The notes under the pieces were generated by a model that was not told where the DNA came from, did no database searches, and saw nothing but the letters and a program-made list of their open reading frames with translations. 64,000 bases of DNA from Octopus sinensis (Eukaryota). The stretch is from assembly GCF_006345805.1 (NCBI RefSeq), contig NC_043016.1:17918001-17982000 (forward strand), given 5' to 3'. How positions within the stretch are numbered: the first letter of the stretch is position 1; the number at the start of each line of letters is the position of its first letter. Below are positions 62,881 through 64,000 of the stretch, piece by piece. A program made the translations under genes and the position numbers.

Positions 62881-64000
62881 ATATGAAGTCTCAGTGGTGC
62901 AATGACTAGTTCTCAGTTTCGAATCCTCATCTCACGAATCACAGATCTATTTTACTTTCAAACCCTTAAGAAAGACACGAATGATGATGCAACGTGTCAT
63001 CTTATTTCGCTCTTCGAAAATTCAATCTGTTGGCATGAATGTCACATCTTCCAATTTCTGGTCCCACCCAGCGCCACTACTACCAGTCACTTACTAAATG
63101 GGGGAGGGGGAAGAAACAAGCAAAAAATTAATTTGTCATGCCGATAACAGAAATCATGTTATTTGAGTTCACAAAGGAGTGTGTCTTGACATTCTAGAAG
63201 TAGCAGTCAGATCTCTCCCGAATCTAACCTTGAAATTTTTAATTTAAAAAAATGGAAAGAAGGGTATATTTTACAATGTAATTTCTGACATACAAAAAAA
63301 AATTTAATAAACAGAAAAACAAAAAAAGAAAGGAGCAAAATTATCCTGGCTGGAACACATCTATTTGGCCAGTGCTGACCAGGGGCTAAATAACAGCAAC
63401 AATGTTATTTATGCCTCTTTACCTTATTTAGAATGATTTCAGTTTACATATGTGATTCCAGCCAGTCAGAGAGCCTCTGCTACGAAGACCAGCTAGAAAT
63501 AGTATGGGTTTGCTCAATCAGGATGAACCAAAGGCAAAAACAACAACAACAGTTTATGTTACTAATGCTCCCTCATCTCCATACACCAACCCCTTTCGTT
63601 TTCTCTATAAATCTGAGAAATCAATCATGGTCATTAAAAAAACAAAATGGGAGAAAGAAAAAATTTTTTTAAAAAAGTCCTTATTATTGTTATGTGTGTC
63701 AGCAAATATTGACAGAAAGGAAATCTAAAACTCAGTTTAATTTCATAGTCATAATCCCTTCTTGCATTATTTATATTATCAATGCCTCTGAGAAAGGCAT
63801 GAATGCTACATCTTACAAGAACCAAATTTCAAATTCACTCTCTCTTATAGATTTACGAGTGAGGCTTTGTACCAATCTAAGAACTTGCATATGCGTTTAA
63901 ATTAATTTTAATGTCAATTGCAGAAAAAAGAAAATTGGAGAGGAAAGAACGAAAAGAATTTTAATACGTCAAGTACCAGTAATATCCTGGATATTTCGAT

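Overview
This is an AT-rich, microsatellite- and retroelement-dense animal genomic window; the repeat content suggests a coleoid cephalopod, probably Octopus (inference). One protein-coding gene is supported: the 3' half of a + strand TRPC cation channel gene. Its six exons are 18833-19277, 29208-29403, 31676-31888, 39154-39216, 54825-54940 and 57355-57787. They join in frame to about 487 aa covering S2-S6, the LFW pore, the EWKFAR TRP box, the coiled coil, a Gln-rich tail and a terminal T-x-L. The 63-nt exon is absent from the ORF track. The last intron has a GC donor with an in-frame GT alternative 30 nt downstream. The 5' exons lie upstream of the window. The introns hold four tRNA-SINE/RTE-tail families, CR1-, Tx1-, RTE- and R4/Dong-type LINE fragments, and piggyBac-, Tc1/mariner- and hAT-type MITEs. 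They also contain several long foldback hairpins and a 100-N gap. The most notable signal is a set of Penelope-type minimal type I hammerhead ribozyme motifs from several unrelated families. Their cores covary at the 3-8 pair (C-G, G-C, U-A), one lies next to a GIY-YIG remnant, and two sit in palindromes. One of those palindromes also pairs over a perfect cryptic GT donor in the GC-AG intron. Repeat boundaries were read by eye and are approximate. Family names come from recalled motifs, not database searches.
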